Shown here: piece after piece, positions 40,524 through 55,695 of the stretch
How positions within the stretch are numbered: the stretch's first letter is position 1
How the letters are laid out: each line of letters opens with the position of its first letter
From: Bugula neritina
Taxonomy: Eukaryota; Animalia; Bryozoa
Reading direction: 5' to 3'
Assembly: GCA_964035545.1 (NCBI GenBank)
Contig: OZ037771.1
Coordinates: 14,383,133-14,447,132 of the forward strand
DNA: 64,000 bases
Notes under the pieces: model-generated
What the model saw: the letters and a program-made list of their open reading frames with translations, nothing else
Told to the model about the DNA's origin: nothing
Databases searched by the model: none
Made by a program: the position numbers and the translations under genes

Positions 40524-41870
40524 GTAACCGCTTAAGTTTTAGTTTTAGTCTTTAGTTTATGTCTTGAAGTTGTGTCATCACTTGAGAGGGGGGGGGGGGC
40601 GTGGGGCGGGTGTCTATGAAGAGCAGAAGTGTTTGTGGAGGAAGGGGCTTGGGAGGAGTAGAGTATAGAAAAGAGTAATTTTGGAGGATGATTTCTGAGA
40701 ATAATCAACTAGCTAACATTAGTGTGAATCAGTTTAAACTCTTTGCTAATAGACAACTTCCTAGAGCAGACAACCCTACAGCGAGGGTTGAAGCAGAAAT
40801 GATAGCAAAAAATGTGTCAGCATATTGTGGTATACATGATGACTCATACATGTTTTGTTTAAGTTGCAAATTACAACTTTTAAAATAGTTTATTCAGAGT
40901 AAATGAACGCCGTACAGTTTTGTAGAACCTTTTTGTATAAAATATTTTGTTGTTTGGGATTTTTGGTTTTCGCATATTAGTGGGAGGAAAATAATTTTTT
41001 TAGCTACTCAGGTAGCCGCAAAGTGTTTTCCAAATAAACAAGTGCTGCCTTAAAGACTAGTGCAGACATTTGATATGATAATTAAAACTCTGCATGGACT
41101 TTGCTTACGAATTAGGTCTGCAGCTTACCGCACATTAAACTTTGAAAAAATTTATCATATTTTCTTGACTGATAAGTTAGTTTTGAGGGTTTTAATATTT
41201 CAAAGAATTGCTTCAGTTATTATCCAGTTTGCGAGAATTTCTCATTGCAGAGATCTGTAAACTCAGGTTATTTTAAATAGAATGGTAACATCTATTAATA
41301 CTCAACTATCTAAATCACTTGTAATGTGATATTGTAGAGGCAGAGCAGTTTAAAATTAGCAGTCAAACTTTCTGACTTAAAAGCCAACCAATATTTAATT
41401 AATATGAGTATGAAAACTAATGAAAATTAAAATATAAGTTTCTGTATATGTATAGGGCAATAAAATAAGATTGCACTATGATGCATAATAAGCAAATATG
41501 ACCGTACAGAATAATAGTAATTAGCGCTATATAATATATATGTACTTACACTAGTTTGATGGCTGCAACTATATTTATAATTTCATAATTCTTCAAACAC
41601 CTACATTTACTGTTTTATTCCACAAGCTTACAAATTTATCTTTTATTTTTATGCCTAAATTTTAATTTTATTATAATTTACAAATAATTTATTTTGAATT
41701 TATTAGTTATATAAGTTTTAATTTTAATTAATGAATATACATTATATACATTATAATATAATCACAAAACAAATATATAATATTATTGTATTGTATAAAG
41801 AGTTATTGTCTCAAAACCAGTTGAATGAGAGAAGTTTTGTAACTGATGTCTGTTGTGTCTTCCCATACAG

Positions 41871-41954
41871 CCTGAGTTTGGGTGTTTACCGTGGGAGATG
41901 GATATATACGGTGGCAGAGCATATCACGGCAGCAAACATGGTCATGGCCATAAG
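41871..41954 (+). CDS. Candidate symmetric internal exon (PEFGCLPWEMDIYGGRAYHGSKHGHGHK)
   Basis: tcttcccatacag acceptor and AAG|gtaact donor; 84 nt; phase 0-0. Confidence 0.55.
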
Positions 41955-43752
41955 GTAACTGCTGCTGCCAGTGCCACTTGTCAATATGCTGCCGAGTGAT
42001 TTATGTTGCCACGTCATATATGTTGCCATTTAATACACGCTCTGTTTACAGTTGCAAATTGCTATTTGTTGACTAATAATTTGATTTTTTTTATAGAAAT
42101 TTGTGTTAATAACTATAATTAGTGATAGTTCAATTTTGATTTAAATGTTGAGTACTAAACTATATACATGTAACATGTACATTAAAATACTGATGTGCAA
42201 TAATAACTAGAAAAAAAGCTGTATATAATAGGACCTTTATTATAAAACCTTAAACCAGAATTATTTGCATGTTTTTTGTGAGTTTGGAGTCGTCCTTTCT
42301 TATTGCATCACTTTAACCATAGTTCTAGTTAACTTGAATCGAATTAGTTAATGGGCACTGGATACTCGTACCAAATCTCGCATTTTTGCAACTAGCATAG
42401 GTTTGGTTGAGAGTAATAGTATCTGCATGAGTATATGCCTAAAGTTATCATTTTGAGGTCCCCTATAAGAGAGGATAATTCCTGCTTATCATTTATCTCC
42501 AATAACATAACGTAGCAATTACAGGGTGTTTTATTCACCGTCATAGCTTCTCTCTGCATTTATGTTTAACTAATCGAATCTCATTTCCTTCCATTTCACT
42601 GAATTGAGTTTGCTATTCAGTAGTTCACTCAGTCTCTCTGTTTGTATTTCTAATTTATAGTATTTGTTATTGACTTGGAGCACCCGACTGACGTAGATTT
42701 ATCACGACAGCGTTATCCTAAGGCTAATTATATTCCTTCATAGGGTACTTATGTGTACTTGTAAACTCAATCTGCTTTCTCCTCCTAGCTATAACAACTA
42801 CACTTACTTGTTGAGATTTCTGTATTTACTAAAAACTAAAACACAGTTTTTGCAAAACGATACATTCAGTTGAAATATTGAGCTCTGCCAATAAGCAGCA
42901 GCCTATGCCCTGAAAAATCTTATATTACATTTTAAAAATGTTTTGATAGTGCTGGTCAAAGATAATTAAAGTTCATACTATTATGATCAATTGCATTAGT
43001 AAAGGAGACATTTATTATGGTTAGTTATGAGCAAGTTATAGAGGAATAGAAAAGATGTTGGTTTGTAACTGCTAGGGAATTTGTCTTACTTTACAATTGT
43101 ATGCTCTTTGAACTCTTCACCGAAGCTTTAGTATTGATGAAAGATTTTTCAAATTGACACCCTATTCATGTCATCAGAATAAACCTATTGGCGCACCCGG
43201 CTCTGTTTAGCCAATATTTCTCAATTCTAAATCAATTGGCAGCATTGTTCTTGGCGTAGTGTGCTGACTTTTATGGATGCACAGGCACAGACAATTAAAC
43301 TATAAAGAGCATGCTTGAAGCTAACTGAAGCTGCATTAATTATTCATTAGTTTATACAAAGGTAAACAATTAAGCACAATATTATTATTATTCTCTACAC
43401 TCATCATAAACTAGCAACGTATAACTTCAAATTCCTCTATCACTCATGTTAAGGCCTTAAATTTTAAACAAAAACCGGTCTTTGATCTAATATTCTAGAA
43501 CTCTCTTGTAGGTTTTTCATGCTGCTAATTAATTTTATTCTCAAGAGCTGACAAGACCATTGCCGCTGTCTAAAGAGGCAGCGTGCCATTGTTATTCCTT
43601 CTGTCCTTTTTAATAGCCTGGCTAATAATCAATAATTGTTTATAAAGTCCTATAGTTTACTCGAAAGACTTTCATTGCTTGCAACTGTTTATACTTCGTC
43701 AGCGCTGACTCCGGCAGCATTTATTACTCTCTCTCTCTCTGTTTGTGGAATC

Positions 43753-43902
43753 ATGAGGAGATATTTGCACGGTCATCGTTCAGGTGCCAATCGGCTCTTT
43801 CGCATAAATCACTCGAGAAAAGTTGTCGGTTTGCGAGGCTTTGACAGACGAAATTTTAGATCTCGGCGCAGACCTGGTGATGCGTACAAGGCTTGGGGGA
43901 GG
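43753..43902 (+). CDS. Candidate alternative first exon (MRRYLHGHRSGANRLFR...KAWGR)
   Basis: atcATG, 50 open codons, AGG|gtaaat; phase 0; Arg-rich. Confidence 0.6.
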
Positions 43903-46677
43903 GTAAATATTAACTATGTAAAAGGCAGACTGTGAATTTATCTTATAAATAAATTCAAACAACTTGAAAATTGGAAACTTTTTGTGCCAGCTTTGATAGA
44001 TGTAAAAATGTTAAGTTATCTAATTTTATAATTAGACTAATTGCATTGTGATTGCTACCATTAATAATAGTAAATTAATACATTTGATTATAATCTTGTT
44101 TTAATTACATGGTTTTGCACAAAAACTTCTAATATGAACATTATTTCATTGTTGAACACACAAACTATTAGAAAATATAGTTTGATTGTTTACATAAAGC
44201 TGTTACTTGCTATTTTACATTGTTGCACTTCATGCCGATGTTTGCACACAGTATAATATTTCCAGGAGTTGGTTCTCTATCATAATGAGAGTGTAAGTCT
44301 GTTTGTATTTCAGTCAAAGTTTTCTCTTCTTCAAGTTTTAGTCATTCACTATATATACTCTTAGTTGTCTACTCACAGTCGCACTAACTCACAGTGATGT
44401 ATTTTACTCCTTCCTCAGTCTCAGTTTTCATTGTCATTTCAACTTTTGTGACGATATAGTCTTTGCTCTTTTTCTCCTTTATTTTAAATGTTGTGGTTTA
44501 TGAAAAAGATAATATTTTGTTTACAATTGAATAAAGTCCTATTATAACTTTAGTTATTTACAGTTTTTTTTCATTATATATTTATTAGCTTATACTTCAT
44601 CATTCTGTTTGGTTCAGTGACAAATCTCCCCCACATCTTCGATTTAAATACTTTAAGATAAATTTGGTGAATGGCAAAAATCAGCATTTTATTTTAATTT
44701 AAATAACCACGTATTGTCATATCTGACAATTTAGTATGTGCAGAGTTGTTCCTCCTTTTTATTACATCATCTAATCACATTGTGTTATTATTGTACACTC
44801 AATATTATGTATTACAACTCTGTATTAATGTAATATAACTCAATATCACACATTTTTGCTGTATATTATATGCTATATATTACATGTTATAGCTATATTA
44901 TGTTTAAATATGTTATATATTACAAACTATAACTACATATTGCATGCTATATGTTACAAACTATAACTATATATTGCATGCAATAATACAGGAATAAGCT
45001 GTGCTGAAAATCAAATTGACCTAAATAATGAAAGCATATAATGTTATGCTATTAAACTTTTTGATCCCTGCAGCTTCAAAATTATTAGAATTACTTATCG
45101 TTTGTTTTAATTCGTTGAATGCCATTAATTAATTTTGTTCAGCCCCTGAAGTAGCAAGATTTCTCTATTGATTTCCATAACTCCAATACTGTATTCTACT
45201 TAATGAGCTTTAGACTCAGTTTTTAATACCCATATAATTATTTTATTCCAGATAGCTAGTATTTGAAACATGACATTTGTAATGATACAGTCTGATGCTC
45301 CTTTGAAATGATCATTTCACTGAAATTGAAATGCAGTTTCCACCTAATGTCTTCAGGGTTAATCAATAAAAGCGTGCTTGTTGCATGTTCAATTATACTG
45401 GCAAATAAAGCTTTATAGAGCTTCATTTGAACTGAAATGGTTTCCTTTGAGCTCTGGTAGTCAAGAAAGTTTTGCAAGTGCTTGCCAAAAGCAGCCTGCA
45501 AATGGCCACTGAACTTTAGAAGGTCTTTAGTTGCTAGGTAACTGAATGCAGGTGCGATCTGCATCAAAACTGCAATTTGCCTGAAGTCATGCAAGTTTTA
45601 ATTTACTTATAATATGCAAATAAATTTACTAGAAGTGAGTGATAGAATATTTTGCAACCTGTTATATGCTGTCAAATGACCTGTTACGTGCTGTCAGCCC
45701 TTGAAGGCTCTACAATTACCTCTCTCTCAAGTTAAAATCGTGGGAGTCTTTGCACACAGACTGCTCAAGTATCAGTGCCCATTGTTCTTTTATGCCTTCC
45801 ATTGTTTGTATATAAATGAGGTGGCATCATTCATAAGTAACATATTATATCTGTATTATTGATTGCTTTTGTATAGCTTACTATATAAACTAAGCATCTC
45901 AATAAACAGAATTTAAATTTAATTTCTGCTTTGCAGAAAGTTGGTATCATGATTAACTTCATTAGTTTCCACTAATTAGTTGCAAGTCTAGGAATAATAC
46001 TGCTGTTTTCCCAGAGGCTTTAACCTCAAGTAGTTTTAATAAATTAAAATTTGAAACTATAAAGTTCCTTCCAATAATTTCTAAGTTTGACTTGCATTTA
46101 ATCTTTAGTTTTTCAATTCAGTAATCACAGCCAAAAATTAATTCAAGTAACTGAAACTAAAAGGGCTCATTTAAGTGACATTCAAACAGCGTATTAATTA
46201 GAAAAACCTTATTTTATTCCTTTTGATATTTTTAATTTTCATCATGCAAATTAAAATATATTGATTATAGGATTTTGCACTAAATTCTCTAGCAATGATT
46301 ATGTAATGATTGTTCTTCTGGTATAATGTGCACCTATTAGTATTCCAACATTGGCTCATTCTACATTCAACTGCCTTTACCTATTCCATCTTCAAACCGT
46401 AATATCTAATCTATATGCATCTTTTCCTCATTCTTGTTACATATAAAAAAACTAAGAAGTAGCATTGTTATCTTTTCAGATGATAAAATCTCCTCCACTT
46501 TGCATTCAACTAGACCCTGAAGCTCAACATACAATGTATTTCAGCTTATAATTTTCTTAGTCATCTCATTTACTTATTCTAATGAAATATGGTGTCAATT
46601 TGGAAGTTATCCTTCCTAAGTTGTGCATTCTGTTTAGAACTTATTTGTAGTTGCGATGAGCCCTTTGGCTAAACCTT

Positions 46678-46943
<266 letters not shown>

Positions 46944-47071
46944 GTACCAGCTTAGGTTTTATCTGCTCTAATATTTCTCGACTCTCAATAAATTACACTC
47001 TTCGAAGCTTTGTTTCTATTAAAATTATTATGACCCATCAGTTAGAAAGCATTTATAATCTGTTGCTTTAG

Positions 47072-47276
47072 GGTACGAGATCCGGAGGCACTCGTTCTGG
47101 ATGTCGTATGGACCACTATCACATGAGACGGAGATATTTGCATGCCGGACTCGCTGGTGCTGCTCTAAATGGAGATGGCCTTATGTATGACCTTGATGAT
47201 GACCTACTGGAGGAAGATCCATTTGCTGCCGATGATGTCATGCTGGATGATGTCAACATAGCTGAGATCATGGGAG
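47072..47276 (+). CDS. Putative shared exon (GTRSGG...DLDDDLLEEDPFAADDVMLDDVNIAEIMG)
   Basis: tgttgctttag phase-0 acceptor and G|gtgagt phase-1 donor; coding-like composition with an acidic tract. Confidence 0.75.
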
Positions 47277-47317
47277 GTGAGTTGACTTGAGTGTCGTCTG
47301 CATACAGGCTTAGAATG

Positions 47318-47860
47318 GTGTATTACTACGCTGTGTGTATTACTACGCTGTGTGTATTACTATGTATGCTGTGTGTATTACTACGCTGTGTGTATTACGC
47401 TGTGTGTATTACTATGTATGCTGTGTGTATTACTACGCTGTGTGTATTACTATGTATGCTGTGTGTATTACTACGCTGTGTGTATTACTATGTATGCTGT
47501 GTGTATTACTACGCTGTGTGTATTACTATGCTGTGTGTATTACTACGCTGTGTGTATTACTATGTATGCTGTGTGTATTACTACGCTGTGTGTATTACTA
47601 CGCTGTGTGTATTACTACGCTGTGTGTATTACTATGTGTGCTGTGTGTATCACTATGCTGTGTGTATTACTACGCTGTGTGTATTACTATGCTGTGTGTA
47701 TTACTACGCTGTGTGTATTACTATGCTGTGTGTATTACTACGCTGTGTATATTACTATGCTGTGTGTATTACTATGCTGTGTGTATTACTATGCTGTGTG
47801 TATTACTATGTATGCTGTGTGTATTACTACGCTGTATCACTACGCTGTGTGTATTACTAC
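47318..47860. repeat. 17/21-bp minisatellite (tattactacgctgtgtg)
   Basis: About 30 tandem units. Confidence 0.95.
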
Positions 47861-49396
47861 AGTGGTTTGAATCATGTAAATTTGCATCTCACCAGATAAT
47901 TCTTATACCATATTACAACGAAATTTGAGATCAATTTAAAATGTTGGAGTTTTCATCTCTCTTTTTGCTCAAATATTTTTCATCATCCAGTCACTAATTC
48001 AGCCACTGATTCATGCAGCCACTACCTGACAAATATACTTCATCTATTACTTCATGAAACCACTAGGCAGAGTTGTCTTACCGAATAATAGTTTACATCA
48101 GAGACAGCATAACTCCAAATATTCTGTGTAACGGGTGGCCAGTGTTACCACCTATCTTAAAGATGTGGTAAATTATGAGAACCAGGGCTAATAAGAATGT
48201 GTCCTCACAACAGCAGGTATTAGATCTGTGATCCTGTGAACAGGTAATAGCTGTGTTGAGCTAGATAGCCTCACTGTTACATAGTCTCAGAGTGCTTCTA
48301 TTTGCATCATATGATCCTGTTTTGGCCTTTGCTATGATATGATAGATACAAGATGGTACATTAAAGTAATGTAGAGAAGGTTAAGTCAGTAGAGATTTGA
48401 ATTTTATTAGATAACGAAAGTGCTTATTCATTTCTTTTGAATTTAACACTTTGCATACCGGCTGTGCCATAAATAGTTTTTTATATTGTTATAGCAAAAC
48501 ATATTGCAAATGTTACATTATATTGTATACTCATTATGCTATATAATATTTATTATACTATCTATATTCATTATATCATCTTTATTATAGTATGTTATAC
48601 TATATTATATTATCTATATTTATTATAGTATACTATATTTATTGTATTAGTGATAGATCTCAGTATATTTCAAAGAGCTTGAGTTACTAATAATTATTGA
48701 GGTTTACATGAGTTTTTATTAGAAAACCTATAGTAATATTCTATTGCTCAACTTTGAGTTGCCTCCCCACTATCTGTTGCTTGCACTCTCTATGATCACC
48801 ATTTTGCATAATTATTAGAATTAACTGTAATACAACATAACGGAATTTATAATAAACAATATTATAGCATAGTATTTTTACACTGCATCATGTATTTATT
48901 ACATTATAGTGTAATGTGACATATTATTGTAATGATATTATAATACATGATGTAGTACAATAACATATTATAATGAATGCGTAGTGTTAATGTGAGTATA
49001 AGTATATGTGGGATTAAATCGTATTAAATAAACACTATTAATTTTCAACTCTGATATAAGTCTGCCAACAAATGTATCTGTCAGACTATATAGACCAAGT
49101 ACTGCAGCTAGCAGGTGTGCCTGCTACTCAAACTAACAAGATGGTTTGTAATTGCCTGCAATTTGCAGTAATTAGTGTTATTATATGAAATTATACATCA
49201 ATATTTAGTAATTATTTGTATGTTTCTATAATAACTATGGGATAGATTATAACTAATATAATTGGGTATACCACTGGCAGGCACACGGCAGCATTTACTA
49301 ATGAGCCTATGCTGCCTTGTAATTGCTGCCCTGGCTATGCGCCTGCTGCTGTTATCAACTGCATGTGTAACTTATGCTATTCTACATGATATAAAA

Positions 49397-49611
49397 ACTC
49401 ACACAGGTTTACAATAGTTGCCATGCCTGTGGGAGAAACCCTGATAGAAAGGGTTTTTATTAAATCAGGCTAAGGACTTATTCAGATGGGGCACAGGAGT
49501 AATTATGACTGAATGTTCTTTCTAACATCACCAATGGCCTTTTTTGGGGTTTGAACCCATGGCTTCGAGTTTACTAGGCAAACACTCAACCCCTAGACCA
49601 CGGCTGCTCCC
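49397..49611 (-). mobile_element. tRNA-derived SINE, full-length copy
   Basis: Reverse complement of the family at 50065. Confidence 0.85.
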
Positions 49612-50064
49612 TGCTATGATGGTGTTATATTTTAATTTACTGCACTACTTAAGAGTTGTATGATTCTTGTAGCACTCGTCATGGAAATAATATTTTTCGA
49701 ATAAATTATTATGCATCAAATACACACCTTAAAAATTTAAAACGTAGCTTATGAAATATTAAGGGATGGTTGTTAATTAGGTTTTTAAAAGTACAAGTTT
49801 AAAATTAAGGATTCTTCGTTGTGGCTGCAGAATAAAAAGCTGACAATAATTTCTTTCTTTTGTTCAAATAACACATCTGTCTTCTATGAATAAAATTTTC
49901 AATACAAGATAAAAAGTCACTAGCAAAGAGAAAGCAGGCAACTCCGGGAAAAGATGCAACTGGTGTTTGTGGTAATGTGGAAACATTAAATTATTAGTCA
50001 TCTGCAAAGTGCTTTATTTATTAAATAATATATTATATATATGATATACTGCATGTATATAATA

Positions 50065-50283
50065 GGGAGAAGCCGTGGTCTAGGGGTTAAAGCGTTGCCC
50101 TAGTAAACACGAAGTCATGGGTTCAAGCCTCGACAAAGGCCATTGGTGATGTTAGGAAAAGCATCCAGTCATAATGGTTCCTGTGCCTCATCTAAACAAA
50201 CTTGTCCTTAGCCCATTCTAACAAAAATCCTTTCCACCAAGGGTTTCTCACAGGGATAGTGACTATAAACTTGCGTGAATGAG
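50065..50283 (+). mobile_element. tRNA-derived SINE, full-length, with a ~20-bp target-site duplication
   Basis: gggagaagccgtggtctaggggtta...gggttcaagcc head; flanks tatactgcatgtatataata (50045-50064) and tatactgcatgcatattata (50284-50303) are 18/20 identical. Confidence 0.88.
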
Positions 50284-51524
50284 TATACTGCATGCATATT
50301 ATATGTACATATATTATCATGTATATTATGTAGTATACTCCATGTTACATATACAGATATAATATTATATATTTATTGCTCAGCTCAACAGTATATCTTC
50401 AAGCAGCTGTCTACAGAATAAAGTATGTGTAGATGTATTCACCAAGTCTATTAGCTAAATCTATGAAAACAAATTACCTCTTTCATTATTCATTAAACAT
50501 TTAATTCCCAGCTAATCTGTTTGATTTATTTGCTGGTAGACTATTTTCATTGAGCATTTTCCGAAGGGTTTGGCGACCACCTGTATCTATAATTGAAAGA
50601 GTTTAATACTTGGTTCCCAGACTATATAATTTTCTCCTTTTTGTTGATTTGCCTACTTGACTCAGTAGTTTCACCTTTGAAGAGCTCTTCAAAGTAGAAT
50701 TTAGTTATTAGGGAGTTTTCACCTCCTGAGAATAATTAGAATTTTCCGGCAACTGAACTATATTTTATATTATCTCTTTGAAGGCATTTGGCTCCCATAT
50801 TAGAAATTTGAGCTAATTAATGACAGCATCACATATGGCAGCAGAATTTAAGGCAGCAGTAGCTAGTATATTATCTGCTGCCTAAGCCGTTGCTGCGTAT
50901 TGATCATCGGATTGTAATGTTTATCTAACCTGCCGTACAATGGTGATTATGATGGGGCAGGTGTATTTATACAACTAAGCTGTGATTAGTCTGTGGTAGC
51001 ACGATATATAAATACTCCAACGAGTTTATGAATCATTACTCTGCAGGCTTTATTTATCATATTCCACTCCGATCCTTTGTTTACTATAAAATATTGATCC
51101 CTCGGCTCTCATTCAAATCATATTACTCATATCTAATTATATCACTGAACGCCGACTACCAAGACAGGCTGCAGCTTGGTAGTTCCTGAGCTGGCAGAGG
51201 CTGCAACTTGTTGGATTACTATTCTACTCCATGCCACCATCACAAATGTACTTTGGTACAGGTTCGTTGTAAAACCTATGCTAGATTTTTTCAGTTTTGT
51301 TTTAAACAGGAATGTTTACACTGCTGACCTGTTGACAAATGCTGTCAATGAAGGTTTCCTGCATAATTATACTTCATTCCCAACAGAAAACCTGTAACAT
51401 TTAATGTATAATACAGTTATAAAGAAAGGTTTTAATAAACCTTGTGGTAGTTCTTTAGCAATGTTGTTTTCAAAGTAGAAATTTTATATTTCATCCAATT
51501 TTATTCTACTTATAGCTAAAGTAT

Positions 51525-51760
51525 TTTATAGCATTGCTAAGGTAGTTTATAGCATTGCTAAAGTAGTTTATAGCATTGCTATGGTAGTTTATAGCATAAC
51601 TGGGGTAGGTTATAGCATTGCTAAGGTAGTTTATAGCATTGCTATGGTAGGTTATAGCATAACTGGGGTAGGTTATAGCCTTATAGTTCAGGTAGGCTAT
51701 AGCATAACTATGGTAGTTTATAGCATAACTGGGGTAGGTTATAGCATAACTGGGGTAGGT
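51525..51760. repeat. 21-bp minisatellite (ttatagcataactggggtagg)
   Basis: Visible tandem units. Confidence 0.9.
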
Positions 51761-54611
51761 TTGATTAAGAAAAAGGTTTTTTAGTTTATTTATCAATTTA
51801 ATGTCATTAGCATTAGTTGCTAAAAATTCTACATGTTTGTAGTTTTTTTGTTTATTCTATTTATTGCATTTGAATACTTTCTATTATTTTGATATACAAA
51901 AACATTGCATTATGGGTTTTCCTATCTGATCTCTTCTTATAGTCTTGTTTATATGACCAGTAGATGTTATTTTTGTTTGGCGCAGATAATTTTACCACTG
52001 AAATTCTAGCTAAAGCCACCCCCAAAACGTAATATATTCCTGGTCTAAATTATTTAGTTTTTCCTATAGGAAGACTCTATACTATGTAGACTGGTAGTCT
52101 GCCCTTTATAGCATGCCGACAGACTATATTACGTTATCTTCCTACACAGGCTAGCTACTTCTGAAGGCATTACGTTTATTCATTATTGGATTTCATTTAA
52201 GTTGAGTGCTTGATTTAAGACGCTTACTTCACGGCCACTTGAGTGTTATTCAAGTCAGATGAAGTGATCCATTATATTCTCATCGTTGAATTATTCATTC
52301 TAAGTCGTCTTACCTTTGTTTTAAGTAATACTTGTCAATACTAGGGCTTATTTGATAAGCTAAGAATAGCTTTGGTAGGTTGGAGAAAGTTAATATTACT
52401 GGTGGGTCCTTTGACAGCCTCAGCATAGATGCATAGGTATTATTTTAATTTGAGCTATATAAAGTTATCGTCTCTCTTATCTGGTAGATCGTAGCCTGTA
52501 TGCACTTTCATAGATAGGGGGGGGGGGTTAGTGCCCTGCCAAAGTCAATAGGACTTTAAGAACTACTAGCTCTAGATGAGTAAAGGTATTTGGTGTGAAG
52601 ATATTAACACCTTGTATGTTTATAGAATAGGTGTGTGTTTATAGGATAGGTGTGTGTTTATAGAATAGGTGTATGTTTATAGAATAGGTGTATGTTTACT
52701 CATATCAAGCACCTCCCTAATAGTTCTGATATAATACCATTTGTTAAGTATTTAGTTAGGTGTGGGTATATCATATTATATTAATTATTTCATATGCTAA
52801 AGTGTGTGTACATTACTTGTATTACTTAGTATTCAAACTAAGACTGTTTGTGGATATATGCCACCCCCCCCCCTTCCCATGCATGACAATTAGTATGAGG
52901 ACCTGTGGTCTTGTGCTCATTTGACTATCACTCAAGTTCTACCACTTTGATCTCCTATAAAAAACTGTTTAAGATAGCAGTTGGGTATTTAACAAGGGAT
53001 CAGATGCATGTTTGGTTCTAAGTATAGCTTGCAGACTCTGCACTATGTTACAGTGAATAAGTAAATTAGCCATGCATTTACATAAGAGTCAGCGCTTAAG
53101 AAAAGCCATGGCAGCCAGGTTATCAAGTACAGAGTAAATAAAAAGGTCATTCAATTTTGTTGCTAATTACTTGTTTGTAATTATAATGGCAGCTTAAATG
53201 TTTGACGTTCATTCAGGACTTGCTAATTTCTATTCTAAGTATTTATTCAGTACTTTACTTGCAGGGTGTGTATTCTACCTTCTTAACCACAGCTAGCATA
53301 TGTAGGGCTTGATCATTCTCAAGCTGTAAATCTTATGCAACTAATTGCTGGGAAAAGCTTTATAAAATAGCTTTTATACTATATTACAATCTACACAGTT
53401 TAGCAGGGGATACTTTTCCTAACCCAAGACTAATAGATGGATAAAGTAGCTAGCAACTTGAAAAATACACTTCAAAAATTTTGGCTGATTCATTTATTAA
53501 AAAAAGAATCAGTCTAATAAAGTAGTTGTGTCTCATACGTGTGGTCTGAAACAGGCTTTATGCCCTCATCTCCTCCCTGGCAGCATTCCAATGCTGTCGT
53601 CAGCAACAAATTGGCATTTGAAAACACAGAGTTCTACATCTGCTGTCCCTGTGTGAGTTTTTCTCGTAACTTGATGCCCACCTTCTAAGAATAGTCTAAA
53701 TTTGCCTTATCCTGTATTTGATTTGGATTACATTTTATAGCCTGTAGCTGAACCCTTTCATACCCATGAGAACTAAAGCAAAATAATTCATTCTCACAAC
53801 TTTTGGGGGTTTCATTGCAATCTCACCCAGACCTATAATAGAATCCCACGCTACACAGCTGCAAGTTGGTATTTCTACTGGGCTTATGAAAATATGAGGA
53901 AATTGTTTTTCTCCCCAAAGCAATTTGCCAACATTTTTCTTTTAACAATAAATGGGCTGATGGTTTTTTATGCCAACACTAAACCAGACTTTTATATTTT
54001 TCTCGACAAATGCATTTAGTGCTGAAAATATCCACCAAGCTCGAGAAACTGCCTGGTTTTCTAGAGTAGTTGCAGTTTGTTGAGTAAATCTATGTTAAGG
54101 AGGTAAGTTAGAGTAAAGCAAGTATCAAATAGGTGTTATTTACCTACATCCTAATGCTCACCCTATTAGGACTATACATGTTCAGTTCCTTACCTGTGTA
54201 ATAAGGTAAATATTTTGTGTTTTTCTCTCACAAGACCCGGTTGACCTACAGGGGCTACTCTGATGTAATTTTATACACTATAAATATCATAATAGAGAAA
54301 AACAAATTGCCTGTTAAAGACTGCAACATTGCTACAATCATACACATTGTGTTTAATTACAGCTGCATTATTTGTTTTGTTCTACGTGCCCTTCAAAAAA
54401 TATTAATTGCCAATAAAACAATGCCTTCCAAAGCGCAATGTTCAACAATCATCTATCAACAATGTACTAATTTGTTTGATTTGCATCATGACGTCATTTT
54501 GATCAACTGGTAAGATACAAAGTACAGTTTGTATTTGGAATTTGAGTGCATACAGACGCCATACTGTAACTTAGGAGAGTATAGACTTGTAGCTGAGTTG
54601 GTTGTCCCAAG

Positions 54612-54636
54612 ATGGGAGCAAAAGTACACATTTATG
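54612..54636 (+). CDS. Candidate internal alternative first exon (MGAKVHIY, phase 1)
   Basis: caagATGG...TAT G|gtaaga; the phase matches the downstream phase-1 exons; a perfect CRE (TGACGTCA) lies at 54489-54496. Confidence 0.35.
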
Positions 54637-55695
54637 GTAAGATACATTAAAATTTGATTCAATAAAGCTATATGTATGTAGTTGCTACTTAAGGGTAAAA
54701 ATTAAGCTAGCACTACTTTATAATATTATTTTCATAGCTACTTTTTGTTTCGCTTGACCTATAATGGCTGTTTATTTTTGACGCGTATTTAGATAATAAC
54801 AACATCAAAGTATTAAATTTAGAAAACTATGCTTAGCTGCAATAGAGTATACATTATTTAGTAGCAGTTCTTGCAGCAGGCAGGTATTTGATACTTCATT
54901 TTTAACTCAAATTTTTACGCCAGATGTTGCAATGTTTTCATTTGGTGTAAAATCAGGGGTGTGACTTGAAACTCGATTCTCACATTTTCCAGGTTGTTGA
55001 TATCAGGGTTTTAGCTTTCTCTGTTTTGTATTTCACTGGAGTATATAGTGGCAGCTTGTCAGCACATTCACTACATGCTGCTGTCATTGCTGTCACATCT
55101 CATGACAAATAACTAGTCGTATTTTAAAAATTCAAATTGCTTTGAACATGGGCAAACATCTTGGAGCTGGAGCTAAAAAAACTAATAAAGGGAGTGGTGG
55201 AGGGGCAGGGAGACAGCATTTTCACCCCTTTCTGAGTAGAATTGTTGTCCCGACATCAACACTATTTGCTGAGAATTGTGGGTATTTAGTGCTCATTTAT
55301 TGCTAAAGTATATGTGAATATATTTGTAAACAGTTGTGTATCAACAATATTTGGAACAAAGTTTGAATAATAACACTCACTTTGACTTGTGACTCTACTA
55401 ATTGTAAGCCATTCTACCAACTATCACTCTTTACACTCATTGTGAGTCATCCCATCTATTACTCCAACACTCACTATACAGGAGTAGTTGAATCACCAGT
55501 CATATTCATTCATCACTTCATTATCTCTCCAATCATACTCAAAAGGAGAGATGAAAACAAAGTGGATTTTTAAAAAATTAGTAATTCAAGTGTGTTTTTA
55601 AAATATTAATGAAAATAGTTATGTTATTTCTCAAGTTAGTGATACTCATTTTATGTTGGTGCAGCTGCGTTACTAATTACATTTTTAAATTTCAG

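Noticed and set aside
45256-45594. 112-aa minus-strand ORF
   Set aside because: No recognisable motif or supporting splice structure; it could be chance or decayed transposon sequence.
47291-47928. Cys/Tyr-rich ORFs in three frames
   Set aside because: Translation of the 17/21-bp minisatellite directly after the donor at 47276.
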